A stretch of 63,608 nt of DNA, filler included, from Reticulomyxa filosa (taxonomy: Eukaryota > Protista > Foraminifera): assembly GCA_000512085.1 (NCBI GenBank). It is 15 parts of 15 records of this genome, joined end to end, with 100 filler letters (N's around TTAATTAATTAA, not from the genome) between each part and the next. Parts side by side here need not be neighbours in the genome. Positions count along the whole stretch, not along the records: positions 51,006 to 60,043 come from ASPP01027490.1; positions 60,144 to 61,222 come from ASPP01010175.1; positions 61,323 to 62,333 come from ASPP01048553.1; positions 62,434 to 63,608 come from ASPP01012107.1; 11 more parts are not named here. The stretch is one strand, 5' to 3'. Position numbers and translations under genes: made by a program. Positions 51,960 to 63,608 of this stretch are shown piece after piece; position 1 is the stretch's first letter, and every line of letters starts with the position of its first letter. The notes beneath the pieces were generated by a model. It saw nothing but the letters and a program-made list of their open reading frames with translations, did no database searches and was not told where the DNA came from.

Positions 51960-54900
51960 ATCAATGGAGATCTCTCGCTCTTCGTTTGCTTCCCCTTATC
52001 AACGAAGCTTACCAAAAAAGGTTTCAGTGGATGTTCAATCCGCATTTGAGCAGGTCTTAATGCTTGTACGACCAGCAAAGCGAACTGACGCGTGTTCTAA
52101 AAGAGCTTGAATACAATTTTGAGGCAACGTAATGAGCACAGTGAAAGAGAAGATCAAAAAGAAGCAATAAAAAATAACATAATGGAATTGGAGACATTGA
52201 CAAAACAATACAAAGAAATTCATAACAAATATAAGGTATTTTATACACGTTGGAATGAATTGAACAATATCAATGCAAATGAAAGTGTAAATGATAAAAT
52301 TAATAAAAATGAAATAATAAGTGAAACGATAAACGAAAACGAAAATGTTAATGTTAAATTAAGTTTCAAAAATAAAACAACTTATGCTCCCAGCACTACA
52401 CTTATTCTTTTTTACACTAACGAATACAACAAATCTCTTTCTATAGGTGAAGACCCTTTGCATTCCTTTTCCTTTCGTATTTCATATTTGTGGATATCCT
52501 TCCAATACCTCCCTACAAAAAACTATTAGTCCTTTACACTTGAACCTTCCGTTTAATATACTTGGACTTGTGTCACTTTCTGTTTTCGCATATCTTCTTC
52601 TTGATGCCGCAAAGTGTATACATTTTAGTAACACATGTTTAATCGGTCTTTTCCACTTTTTCTTGCACCACGGACAGTATGCTTGTATTTTGTCACTTTC
52701 TATCTTCCAGTTAAAGTTGGGATTTCCACATAGAATTTTTGCTATTATTCTGGAATCCTTTGTATTCATATTTCTTTCTATTTTTTCATATATTTGAATG
52801 TATGGTACCCTATGTGCGTTCCATATGCTCACCATTTCAGCTAGTGCTCTTGTGTCTTCCCATTGTGTTATCGCCTGGACGTCTTTAGTGTACACATTTT
52901 TATATATCTGTTGTTCCACTAGCTTTTTCCATTTTTTCATGTCAAGTGACGTTGGTGGATCATTCCAAAAGTGTATTAGTCCATTTCTTGCCAATACCAT
53001 TAGTACTTCAATTGTAACTGAGGACTGTATTATCTGTTTTTTGTTTATCTTCTGTAGCAATTCTGGTGTTTGTGCTTTTACCACTTCATATTCTGCACTT
53101 AGTAGTTTTCCGGAAATTGTGTTCTTCTTTAGCATTGTCATCCAATTCACTAATAGCAATACCTCGTTTCTGGCTCCTACCGGTAGCACTCCCATCAGTA
53201 TTCTTACCGCCGGTTTAAATGATGTTCTATATGTCCCCAGTATGCGCGTCAGTGCAAATTGTTGTACACTTTCAAGTTTTTTTAATAATGTCGGACCCAC
53301 CAATATTACTTTGCATCCATATTCTAATACTGGTCTTATGGCTGTGGTGTAATATTTCCTTTGAGTATGCAGTCCTATATTTCCTCCAATAATACCATTA
53401 AATATACTATTGTATAGTATTGCACTTGCTTTGCTTGACCTGTTCTCTACATGCTCCTTCCATGTCAATGTCTTTGTATTGAATATTATACTAAGATATG
53501 TTACTACTTGCGCCACATTTGTTATATCCAATGCATGTTTAAACTTTTTTATCTGTTTGTGCTTCCGTGTTGATGTAATTATACATTTACTTGTGTCTAT
53601 ATTCAGTTTCCATTTTTTACAGTATGAATCGACAGTTTCCAGGACTATGTTGTTCTCTTGTGGAGACTCACTTATTGTTATTATATTATCTGCATATAGC
53701 AGACATCTTGATATGTCAATGTTGTAGATGCAGTGATTGTTATGATTAGTGCGTATCGATCCAATTAAGTCATTGATATATAAGTTGAAGAGTTGTCCGC
53801 TTATTGAGTATCCTTGACATATACCATTTCAATTCGAAAAGGTGGTTCATACCAGTCTACGTTTGTCAAAATCAATGTGATGTCCATTATTATAGACTTT
53901 AAAATATTGAATATATTTACTCGAATACCAATATTATGCACTTTGTACATTAACCCATATTACCAAACGTTGTCAAATGCTTTTTGCAGGTTTAATAATG
54001 TTATTACAATTTGTCGTTTTTGTATGTACTTTGCGTGATAGAGCAACGTTCTCAGTATTATTAGGTTATCTTCAGCACCTCGGTTTTCGAAACCATGCTT
54101 GTTCATCATGTATATATCCTCCAGTATATTCTCCATTCTTTTTAGTATTATTTTATCTATCACAGATAGCATTGCTGATTTTACGCGTGTACCCCTTATG
54201 TCATTACAGTCATATGTAATATCTTTCTTTGTCAGATTAGTCATCCTTGACGCTATCATCGTTCTAGGTATCTCTCCTATGTTCCAGATGTATGTATACA
54301 ATTTTGACATTTCCTCCGGCATTATCTTTATCATTACGCTGACTAGTTCATTCGGTATCTTGTCAATAAAGGTCGCTTTATTTTTTGGTAGCTCATCTGC
54401 AATTACTAGTAGATCATCCTTTGTTATTGGTGTATCAAGTTTTTCATCCACATTGCCATGTATTGATTCTACTGCCTTGTCCACATCATTCTTTATCGAT
54501 TATTCCCATTCTCCTAGTATCACCTCCTTCTGCGTAAACAACTTTTTATAATGTATCGCTAATAACTGACAATTCTCTCTTTTAGATTGTACTAGTTGCC
54601 CGTTTTCATAATGTAGTATGATATGCTTTTCCTGTTGTAACATTCTTATTATTTCATAGAATTTTTTATCATTAACGTCATTTTTTATCTTACACAGTTT
54701 ATTCAACATGTTACTAATATTTTGTCGTCTTATATCTTCCTGCCTTTCTTGGTATCTTTTTACCAATCCTTTTATAACTGTTTCACTTGCATTATATTCC
54801 ATGCACACATTCAACATATTTATAATCCCTGATGTTTGTTTTATGGCCCCTTTTTGCATTAATACTTGATATGTTTTATACAATACTTTATCATATAATT

Positions 54901-57900
54901 CGTCGGTGCTTAGGTGCTTCATTGTTGCTATTTGCATTAAGTCTTTAATGTGTCTCTCCAAATTGTTTGATACGTTTATCAGTGTTTCCTCTTCCGTGCA
55001 TATTGTTATTTTTGGAATAGTAGGAGCGATTTCCTGGTTTCCGCTTGGTTCATCCAGGCTGAATGTACATTTTATTGGAAAGTGATCCGAACATGTATAT
55101 ACTTTTAGCACTTTCATGTTTGGTATGGCCTTGCATCTTCTTTGCCAGTATTTGTTTATTATTGCATAGTCCAAAATTGAATTTATACTTTCCTTCTGTT
55201 GGTTGTTATAATATGTCCTTTGTCCGTGCTCCTGTTTAGCATTTAGTATCTCCAATTCATGATACTGACAGAACTGTTTTAACATTTCCCCACTTTGATT
55301 CTGTGTTGTGTCTCACGTTTCATTCATTCTTGCGTTGAAGTCCCCCATTATTAATACATTATACTGTAGCGCATTATAAATCCTTATCATGGTTTGCAGG
55401 TCCCGAAATATCCCTTCAATATGCTCAATTGATGTTGGTATTAGTGGTGGGATATATACAAATATTATCGCAACATGGTACTTCTTCATTGATATTGTCA
55501 TTATGTTATTATTAGACCCAAATTGATTTACTTGCGATATCGGTAGCATCATATTCTTGGTGAAAATATACATAACATTGCAAGGTCTACCTTGCCTTGC
55601 CATATTTGGCTTGTAATACGCTTTTTGGAATATTATGTCTCTGTCTGTGATTTTCAAGTTTGGATTTATCTTTGCCAACTGCAATTACTGCATCCCATTA
55701 CGTCCGGAGCTTCCTTGGTATACATTTGATAGAACGCCGAGTTTTTTAGGATTTTTTCGTTTAATCACCCACGTATGTTGATTGATATCACCTTACATTT
55801 CAATTTCTTTACATTATTACTACTTGTGTTGTCCTCAATATTTAACACTACTTTTTCCACATTAAATATCCCTTACAAACAAGAATACAGTAGTTGGATG
55901 TACTGTTCCTGCATGTTTTTTTATTACACATTTATTCAAATACGAATTAGAAAATAAGTCATGCATCCGGTCTCCACATCGTTTATGTCATTTGCTTTGT
56001 TGTCTTTCACTCATTGAGATATCTTGTTCTGCATCGTTTTTTTATTGATCTACAGTTTGCTGGTTTATATCATGACGGTTCTGATTTATTGTAGATTGAC
56101 TTCTACTGACATTTGTCTGGTTTGTTATTTGTTGGTTCGGATTTACTATATGTTGATTTTGGTTTCTATGTTGTTGTTTATTTTCTTGTGATAAAGGTTA
56201 CTGACGTATTTGTGTATGCTATACTTTCGGTTACAATCTTTCTTGTGCATGCAGACCAAATCTTTGTTCAGTGTAGCCATATGCTTGATTCTATCTTTGT
56301 CATTGTCCCATGTATCTTCCATGTATGGTGTATTGTATTTGTATGTGTACACTTTGCATATTATTACTATGTCTCCAGTTTCCTTTGTTTCTCCATCTTC
56401 CGATTGCTATTTTTTTATTATGGAATCTTTGATATCTTGGTCTTTCTCCAAACGTTCGCTCCGTTCTGTGCGACAGTAATATTTTCGGTTCATTGTTTCC
56501 ATCTTTAATTTGATCTACATCTATATTCTTGTAACAGTCAATCCACGATATCCTATTTTTAATGATCTGTTTCTTATTGTCCTGGAAATGTTTGATTGCA
56601 TTCTCCAGATATTGCTTTTCTGGCCCTGTTATGACTGCAAATTTTCTTGTTCCATTTGCATACACATAGAAGGAAATTTTTGGTATGTTCTCCTTCTTTA
56701 CACCTATACTTTGCATCAACTCGTATATGTCTTCATACTGGACGTATCCGGTTAGTCTTCTGCCAAATAATACTATTTTATAACTTTGATCCTGACTTCC
56801 AGCTACTTTGTCGCATGAATATGCCTTTTGGTCACATTTGACGTCCACTTCCTTGGGTTGTTCTGTTCTGTTATTTTTATTTTTGTCTTCCGCTTCTTCC
56901 AGTCTCCTTTTTAGGTCACTTATTTCACTTTGCATTTGTTCAACTATTTGTATGTATTGTTTTTCGTGTGTATGCAATGCAAGTTTTAGTTCATTATTTT
57001 GATTTTGCAGCATCTGTATTGTTATGTTAGCTTTTTGCAATTCTTCCTGCATTTTATTTTCATTTTCATCCTCATTTCGATGTCATCATCTTCACTACTT
57101 CCCACTTTTTTCGGCATTTCACTGTCTGTAGTATAAGTTTCTGTTTCATTGCAATTTAAGTTTTCATTACTAAGTATTATCTGTAGATTCTCCCTTCTAC
57201 TTCTTTTTGAGTCCGGTGGTTTGAGACAATCGTCGATCGATGCTATCTGCTCACTCAACGACAATGCCGCATCAACGTCTTTACCCTTTGTTGACATCAA
57301 GTTTGTTGGCGGCGTTGACGTCTTTTTCCTTTTTGTACCGACTCTCGTGCACAATCCATCATGCCCCTCGTCCTTTCTTTGTCTTGGCACCACCACTCCT
57401 TGTTTCATTTGTGCTAGCGACGGGTCTACCTTTACGCATTGCCCCTGTATTTTCTCCCATTCGCCTCTCTCTAAATTATCCATCAGATCTTCCCACTTTA
57501 CATTCGTAAAGTCTCTTTTTAAATACTCTAGTGGATCATGTGCCGTGATCTTCGGCTGTATTAGAATCCTCGTTCCATCTGCTCCCATACATTTTCTTAT
57601 TGTGTTTATTTTTGTAAAATTCAACATATGGTAATTCATCTCTTTATAACTCGATGGTAAAGCTTTAAAGTACGGACACTGGAATTTTGGGCTATCAGGA
57701 ATCACACAAATTTCCTGATTTGTGTACTTCCCACCTTCACCAACATGACGTTCATATCCTTGTTTCGACATACGCCTTTTCCCTCTGGTCCAGTTTTAGC
57801 TAATTCCCTTTTGTCCTTTATCTCAGTTTAAAAACTTTTACCTGTTACCTTCACTCCAAGCTATCAATTAGTCCACCTAGTGTCTATTTTCAACACAGAC

Positions 57901-58318
57901 CTATTTTTTTGTAAATTTTCCAATGGACATGAAAATGAAAACAAAATAATATGTGAAACAATCAATGAAAATGGAAACGGAAATGAAAACAGAAGTGAAG
58001 ATTCAAAAACAAGAGTTTGTGTAAAAAAAAAAAGGAGAGATTAGAGTAGATATTTGGTAGTAACGATATGTGGACAGATGGATATCTCATTGTCTGAACG
58101 TTGTTGTGCCTTTTACGAATGTCAATTTTCTATTGTTATACCTGGATGTGTGTTTTTATTTTTGCAAATACAATCGGAGCGAGATCATTGGATTGATTGT
58201 TCGCATTTGCATTTGCAATTTGAAGCTGATATTTCAACAATGCCACAGCCTGAACAAACATAGAGAGATTCTTGACCCTGTTGTCACTGAAGCTTTTTCA
58301 TTTCATCTTATATTCTAA
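51960..58318 (+). pseudogene. Decayed host gene split by the retrotransposon (segments ~51960-52347 and 57922-58318)
   Basis: NKNEIISETINENEN on the left continues in frame as NGHENENKIICETINENGNGNEN on the right once the element is removed; in-frame stops elsewhere. Confidence 0.5.
52348..57921 (-). mobile_element. Near-full-length but disrupted APE-type non-LTR retrotransposon (~5.6 kb): ORF1 (coiled coil + RRM-like), ORF2 (APE endonuclease, RT, C-terminal Zn finger)
   Basis: APE: FVYIPP, IMGDFNAR, SILDYAI, SDHFPI. RT: KATFIDKIPNE, LQKAFDNVW, QGYSISGQLFNLYI, YADN (~53685-53697). Zn finger CPWC...HVLLKC. ORF1 at 57771-56146. Several stops and frameshifts. Confidence 0.92.
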
Positions 58319-58928
58319 ACAACTTCTCAAATGGTTATTGTTTGCACTGATAAAGAAAAATCGAAAAAATGAATAGAAAGAAGAAAATTGTTGTTTTTAA
58401 TAACAATTGTTTATATTTCTTTTCATTTCGTGTCTCGCTTTTTCTTATATTATTTAGCAAACCTTTGTTGTTTCGTATTCGTTACATTGGTTTTATGTAA
58501 GTTTTTCTTAAACCAAATGAATTGAACTGGACTACACTAAAATATTTGCTCAGAATTTTATCTAGCAATAAAAACGCTGAATATCTAAAATGTCATTTTA
58601 TGAAGATTATCAATTGCCAAAGTCCTAAATAAATTTTATGCATAATTTGTTACGCTTTGTACAATTCAATTGTTTTTTTTGTAATTTCTTACAAATATGT
58701 AATTCTACGAGTATTTATTTTATTTGTTTTGTTAATTCATAACCAGTGTTAAAAAATAAATTCTAAACATAGTATTCAAATATTGCAAGTCGAGTTATTA
58801 CAACTTGCGTATATTGTAAATAATATGCACAAATTGTTGTCAACAATTTAAACTTTTAGAAAGTCGGCAGTTTCAGTAAAGTGGAACTTGAGAGGAAAAA
58901 AACTAAAGCGCAATAAAATTTATAATAA

Positions 58929-59684
58929 ATGACTCAACCATCAAGTACACGGTTAATATCAGCGCGTCCTTCTTTGCAATTGAAAACCCCAGAAAGCCTA
59001 TTGAACGAATTGGCAAATATCACTAAAGCATCATCATCAAGTTCGTCAATCCGAGCAGGAGCAACAAGAAGCCGAGGAAGCACAGTGGCAAAGACAAATT
59101 CGACGACGAATGCGAATAACAATCGAAAAGGAGCAACAAGTGACAATATATTGTTCGACTACAACGTGTTTATAACATCGTGGCAAGACAAAGTGCGAAT
59201 GCGCCATTACCACAAGTGCGAGGAGTATTGTCGAACGAATGTGCAGCTGTTATTTAATGCGGAACAAAAGGCAGAGAAGTTTGCACAGCAATTGAAAAAG
59301 GAAGATAGCAAGTGGATGGAGCGTCCCGAGTACAAATATCGAGAATACCGAAGCAAAGTGCATTTTTCATTGGGTTATTGATCGCAAATTATGCAAAAGT
59401 TCGAAGTGCGAAGCGCCAATACGAATTGAGTATAAGTTGCGATTTTGATAACCCGGCGGCACACTTTAATTTGGCCAACTTGTTAGTGGACGAGTTTAGC
59501 AATCACATCGACGCAGAAGACCATTTTCAGCACGCAATCGCACTGGAGCCTTCCTACATTTTGTATCGAATGACATATGCCGAGTTCCTATGGCACGACT
59601 GTAATCGATTTGATGACAGTGCAAAACAATATGAGGCTATTCTTGTATATGATAGTATCCAACAGCAATTGCAACAGCAATTAC

Positions 59685-59725
<41 letters not shown>

Positions 59726-60043
59726 CAACAAGTACACACCACAAATAACAATACACAATCCAATTCATCAAATAATGCACCTCCTTCCAATGCCAAAGAT
59801 ATGCCTTCGAATCTCACTTCCCCTACTTCTCTCTCCTCCACTCAGTTCTACGATGCCGAAAGCAGTGCTGATGTCCATTTCAACTATGGCCTGCTCCTTC
59901 GCGATCACCTGAAACGCTATCCTGAAGCCATCCAACAATTCGAATTAGTCCTCAAAATCAATCCTACCGATCTTGATGCAAATGACGAAATACTCTTCAC
60001 AAAAACCTTACTGCCTGCCAATAACGCCAAGCTTTTTTTTTTT
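58929..60043 (+). CDS. TPR-repeat protein (3'-truncated); frameshift ~59365
   Basis: AAHFNLANLL..AEDHFQHAIALEP and DVHFNYGLLL..AIQQFELVLKINP. Confidence 0.85.
59687..59724 (+). repeat. (TCA)n poly-Ser repeat
   Basis: Direct. Confidence 0.9.
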
Positions 60044-61454
60044 NNNNNNNNNNNNNNNNNNNNNNNNNNNNNNNNNNNNNNNNNNNNTTAATTAATTAAN
60101 NNNNNNNNNNNNNNNNNNNNNNNNNNNNNNNNNNNNNNNNNNNAAAAAAAAAAAAAAAAAAAAATGGGACATGACGCTTGTAAGGGTTGGTCTCATATGT
60201 TGGACAAAAGGTTAGAAAGGTAAATAGTTTTGAAATATGCTTTCTTTTGTTTTAGGGACTAATTCATTCATACGCATATTCATCGCAGCTAATCTCTTTT
60301 CTCTCATGGCCGCAATTCGCTTTCTTTTCTCTTCTGGCGTTTCCTCTGCAGGTGCTGCACTTGGGGGATTGCTGCTTGCACTGTTGCTCGGATTCTGACT
60401 TTGGCCATTATTCGTTGTGTTCCCATCCTTTAGTTTGTTGTTGTTCTTCTTGTTTTTTTTTTTGTCAAGATTAAGAACAAATAATATAATTTCAAAAAAC
60501 AGTAAATAGACGCTTTGTCATGTATTTGGACAAAATTTACTTCTTTATTGTTGGATGAACCCGCCCACGGAAACATGTTGCTGTGATTTGATTGTTAAAG
60601 CTTATTATAATTTGGAGTGCCCCCTGCTGCGCACCAACAACTTTTGACAAACTCTTAAAAATGCTTGTCATCATTGGAAATGCTGTGTAAAATTTTATTG
60701 TTGTGCGATAAAAGGTCGAGCCGTTACAAAATTGTAGGTGCTTTCGCGACACAAGACGTAGTCAATATAACAATTTGCCACTGGTTATTTTGTACACCCA
60801 CGCGAATTGACCACCTTGAAGTTAGTCAAGTTTTTTCTGAAGAAAAGAGGCTTTGCGTTGCTCCCCCTTCAGATTAATTTCCCCAAGTGGAGTGAATTGA
60901 GCTTACTTCCGAGTGTTATCTCTCAAGTGTGAAGACGTTTAGTTTCAATGTCGACGAAGAAAGGGGTTTGTTATATTGAACCACTGTGCAACTTGTGTTA
61001 GGACGTGCAAAAGAGTCAAACCTAAGAAACTACAAAACACAACAATAGCATTTTCGGGTGTCGTCTCAGCCGACCATTTCACCCTCCAAATGTGAGAGCA
61101 TATCTTTGAGATGCAATAGGCAGTGTTTTATGTATTTTACAATTAAAAAAAAAAAAAAGGGGGGGGGGGGGGGGAGCAGAGGGGGAAGAGAGAGGAGAAG
61201 GGGAGGCAACAGACAGGAACACNNNNNNNNNNNNNNNNNNNNNNNNNNNNNNNNNNNNNNNNNNNNTTAATTAATTAANNNNNNNNNNNNNNNNNNNNNN
61301 NNNNNNNNNNNNNNNNNNNNNNGAATGTATACCTTTGTTACAACACATAAACATGCATTATGATTCAAAAAAAAAATAAATAAATAAATTTGAATAATAT
61401 ATAAATATTATAAATATATAAATGTACATATACATAAATATATATATATAACTT

Positions 61455-61985
61455 GAGCGTCCAGAATATCTCCAGGTTGAAAATTTTTCCATTAATCAAT
61501 GACCATGGAAGAGATGATTGTGATTTATTGTCTCTTTCGACGAGGATGATGACGTCTTTGGGTAAGAAGACATCGATTAAATTAATCTTCAAATGGTTAT
61601 CAGGAATCCCCACGTACTTTTGAGGAGCTTGCGTCTTCACTTGGACATCTCGCTCGATCGATACGGGATAAATCACCTTCACATGTTCTTCCTTTTCTTT
61701 ATTTTTCTTATTTCCATTTAATTTGCTCACTACCTTCAACCATGTCGCTTGTTCCGGAAATATATCAATTGTCACCTTCATATCACGTATGCAGTATATT
61801 CCATTGATCAGTATGCAGCCATTCATTCGTCAACTCTTTCTTCAATTGCAAAGAGGTCTTTTCTGCGTCAACAAGCTCGCTATTGTCAATTCGACCTTGG
61901 ACCTGGCTTGACACATGACACAAATGCAACTTTTCTTACTCCTTCTTAATATATGTCTTAGTTCTTTTGTTCTTAACATTTCATT
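61455..61985 (-). CDS. Hypothetical coding segment with frameshifts
   Basis: GC-richer overlapping ORFs 61842..62054 and 61365..61826; no family recognised. Confidence 0.3.
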
Positions 61986-62442
61986 TTGCAAAGAAAACGT
62001 CAAGTCAATTAAAAAAAAAAAAGTTGTAATGTCCTTTTTCTTTTTACAAATCAAAATTTTCTTATTGTAATCATTATATTTCTACTATTTCAGTTATATT
62101 TGATACTAAAGTCTCAACATCTCACCCACTTACTTCATTTTTTCTTGTATTTTGATATAATTTCTTTTTGTATAGACACTTCTTTAACCATTTTAGTCTC
62201 ATTGACTAGACCCGTTCCATTTCAACAAACACTTCGCAACTATTTAAGTAAACTGCAACCAGGAGAGCATTTTACAAGAGAATATAGAAAGATTGAGAGG
62301 AAATTTTCACCTTTCGGTGAAAATTTCCATATTNNNNNNNNNNNNNNNNNNNNNNNNNNNNNNNNNNNNNNNNNNNNTTAATTAATTAANNNNNNNNNNN
62401 NNNNNNNNNNNNNNNNNNNNNNNNNNNNNNNNNAAAAAAATA

Positions 62443-63530
62443 GAAATACACTTGTTCGTGGAAACAATCAAAAACGGTGGGTCCCGCAATCAGTGATGGC
62501 ACAAAGTTTTCGGATGTAGAGGCCATTGCGCAAGGCTACCGCAAAATGGGACAGTTGCAAGTGTGCTACGATTCGCACGTCCACGGGCTCCAGGTGAAAT
62601 GGGTGGACGCCAATGGCACCTTGCTGAGCGGGTCTCAACACTTTTCCTCACGCTTTAGCAGCAAGAACATTGACATTTTCATTTTAGGATCTAATGAGTA
62701 TATCAATCACGTTTCCGGACGATTCACAAGTTTGCATTTGTTATCCCCCTTTTGCATAACATTAATTTTTTCCAAAACTTTTTTTTTTTAAGCAAAATAT
62801 ACATACATACATATAAATATAATAAATATAATAAATATAATAAATAAATATTTATATACATATATTTTGTTTTGTTTTGTTTCACATTACAATGCAGATC
62901 AATGGATAAATCAATTGGTTATACGTACCAACTTTGGTCGAACGAAAAGGTTTGGACAAACACTGAACGGAGAACCATTCGACCTGGATATTCCTTGCGA
63001 TGCGGAGGTTATCGGATTTGCAGGTTCGTACAGTGCCCAATTATATACGTTGGCGGCGCTATATCGACCTGCAGTAAAGCCTGAAGTTTTTTAAATTAAT
63101 CTGTTTGTTCGTTTTGTTAATGTGATTTGGAAAATGTCAAAGCATGTGGAAAGAAAAATAATAATAACAATAATAAAAATAATAACAATAATAACAACAA
63201 CATAGCCTCGACTCCTTGTGAAAATGACGGACACACGGATAATGAAACTGCGAGTGTTGCGAGCAAAAATGGAGAGTGCATTCGCCTACTTGAAAGCGCA
63301 AAGCAGCACGGATTTGTCGTTGCTGCACATGTTCAACATGACGACGAACACTAGCAGAAACAATGGAAACACGACGGACTGTGGAGACTGCAAAAGTGAA
63401 AAGTCGCTTTCGCAAACGTACAAACCTGAAAACATCCGCACGCTGTTCATGATGCAAACCCTTATGCTATTGGTCAAATCCACTGCAAGAAACGACCCCT
63501 CCGTGGTGCCCAATATTCTTAACCTTTTAG
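62443..63530 (+). CDS. Internal exons of a large protein: jacalin-like lectin domain followed by a helical region
   Basis: GTKFSD...VHGLQVKW...LGSNEYINHVSGR|..INQLVIRTNFGRTKRFG...VIGFAGSYSAQLYTL is the jacalin beta-prism pattern; the next exon has LMLLVKSTARNDPSVV. Confidence 0.75.
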
Positions 63531-63608
63531 GTAATATCCATCTATGCTTTGACCATGCAAACTCTGTTATTTTTTTTTTTTTTTTTTTTTTTTAATCTAT
63601 TTGTATTT

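Noticed and set aside
54484-57052. Programmed frameshifting or readthrough between the LINE ORF fragments
   Set aside because: Numerous breaks inside conserved domains plus the YADN change indicate decay or sequencing error rather than a regulated event.
60144-61222. Coding-like minus-strand segment
   Set aside because: Frames break repeatedly and no family motif was recognised, so no product can be supported.
1374-62433. Recurrent TTAATTAATTAA within Ns as a biological repeat or CRISPR-like array
   Set aside because: Fixed 100-bp assembly linker with stops in all frames. ORFs running through X residues are artefacts, and adjacency across linkers is not evidence of linkage.
1-63608. Alternative genetic code or stop-codon reassignment
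   Set aside because: Conserved genes read through in the standard code and end in TAA, TAG or TGA. Internal stops are explained by introns, single-base frameshifts or decay.

Overview
AT-rich, intron-rich eukaryotic nuclear DNA, not prokaryotic. It is made of 15 contigs joined by 14 artificial 100-bp linkers (N44-TTAATTAATTAA-N44), so adjacency is only meaningful within a contig. Gene style suggests a rhizarian/foraminiferan such as Reticulomyxa (homopolymer-rich introns, repeated SAM/U-box genes, CAP-Gly expansion, many decayed copies); this is inference. Ordinary genes: NOB1, an aquaporin, an ADA2-type SWIRM protein, fatty-acid 2-hydroxylase, thioredoxin, SAPS/PP6R, Mn-CDF, NCKAP1/Nap1, a mitochondrial carrier, dienelactone hydrolase, and BRCT, USP, TPR and jacalin-domain proteins. 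There are also two non-LTR retrotransposons and several pseudogenes. Highlights: (1) a two-intron gene with all three signature motifs of the bacterial CLC-F fluoride/H+ antiporter clade (GNNLI, GREGT, GEVTP), on the same contig as host genes; (2) a spliced fusion of RanBP2 zinc fingers, duplicated CAP-Gly modules and a PP2A B56 subunit; (3) a spliced, apparently mitochondrion-targeted PhnY-like phosphonate dioxygenase lying head-to-head with a mitochondrial carrier; (4) introns that lack polypyrimidine tracts; (5) recurrent single-base frameshifts in otherwise intact genes, most likely homopolymer sequencing errors. Exon boundaries were derived by hand and family calls come from motif recognition; no database searches were run.
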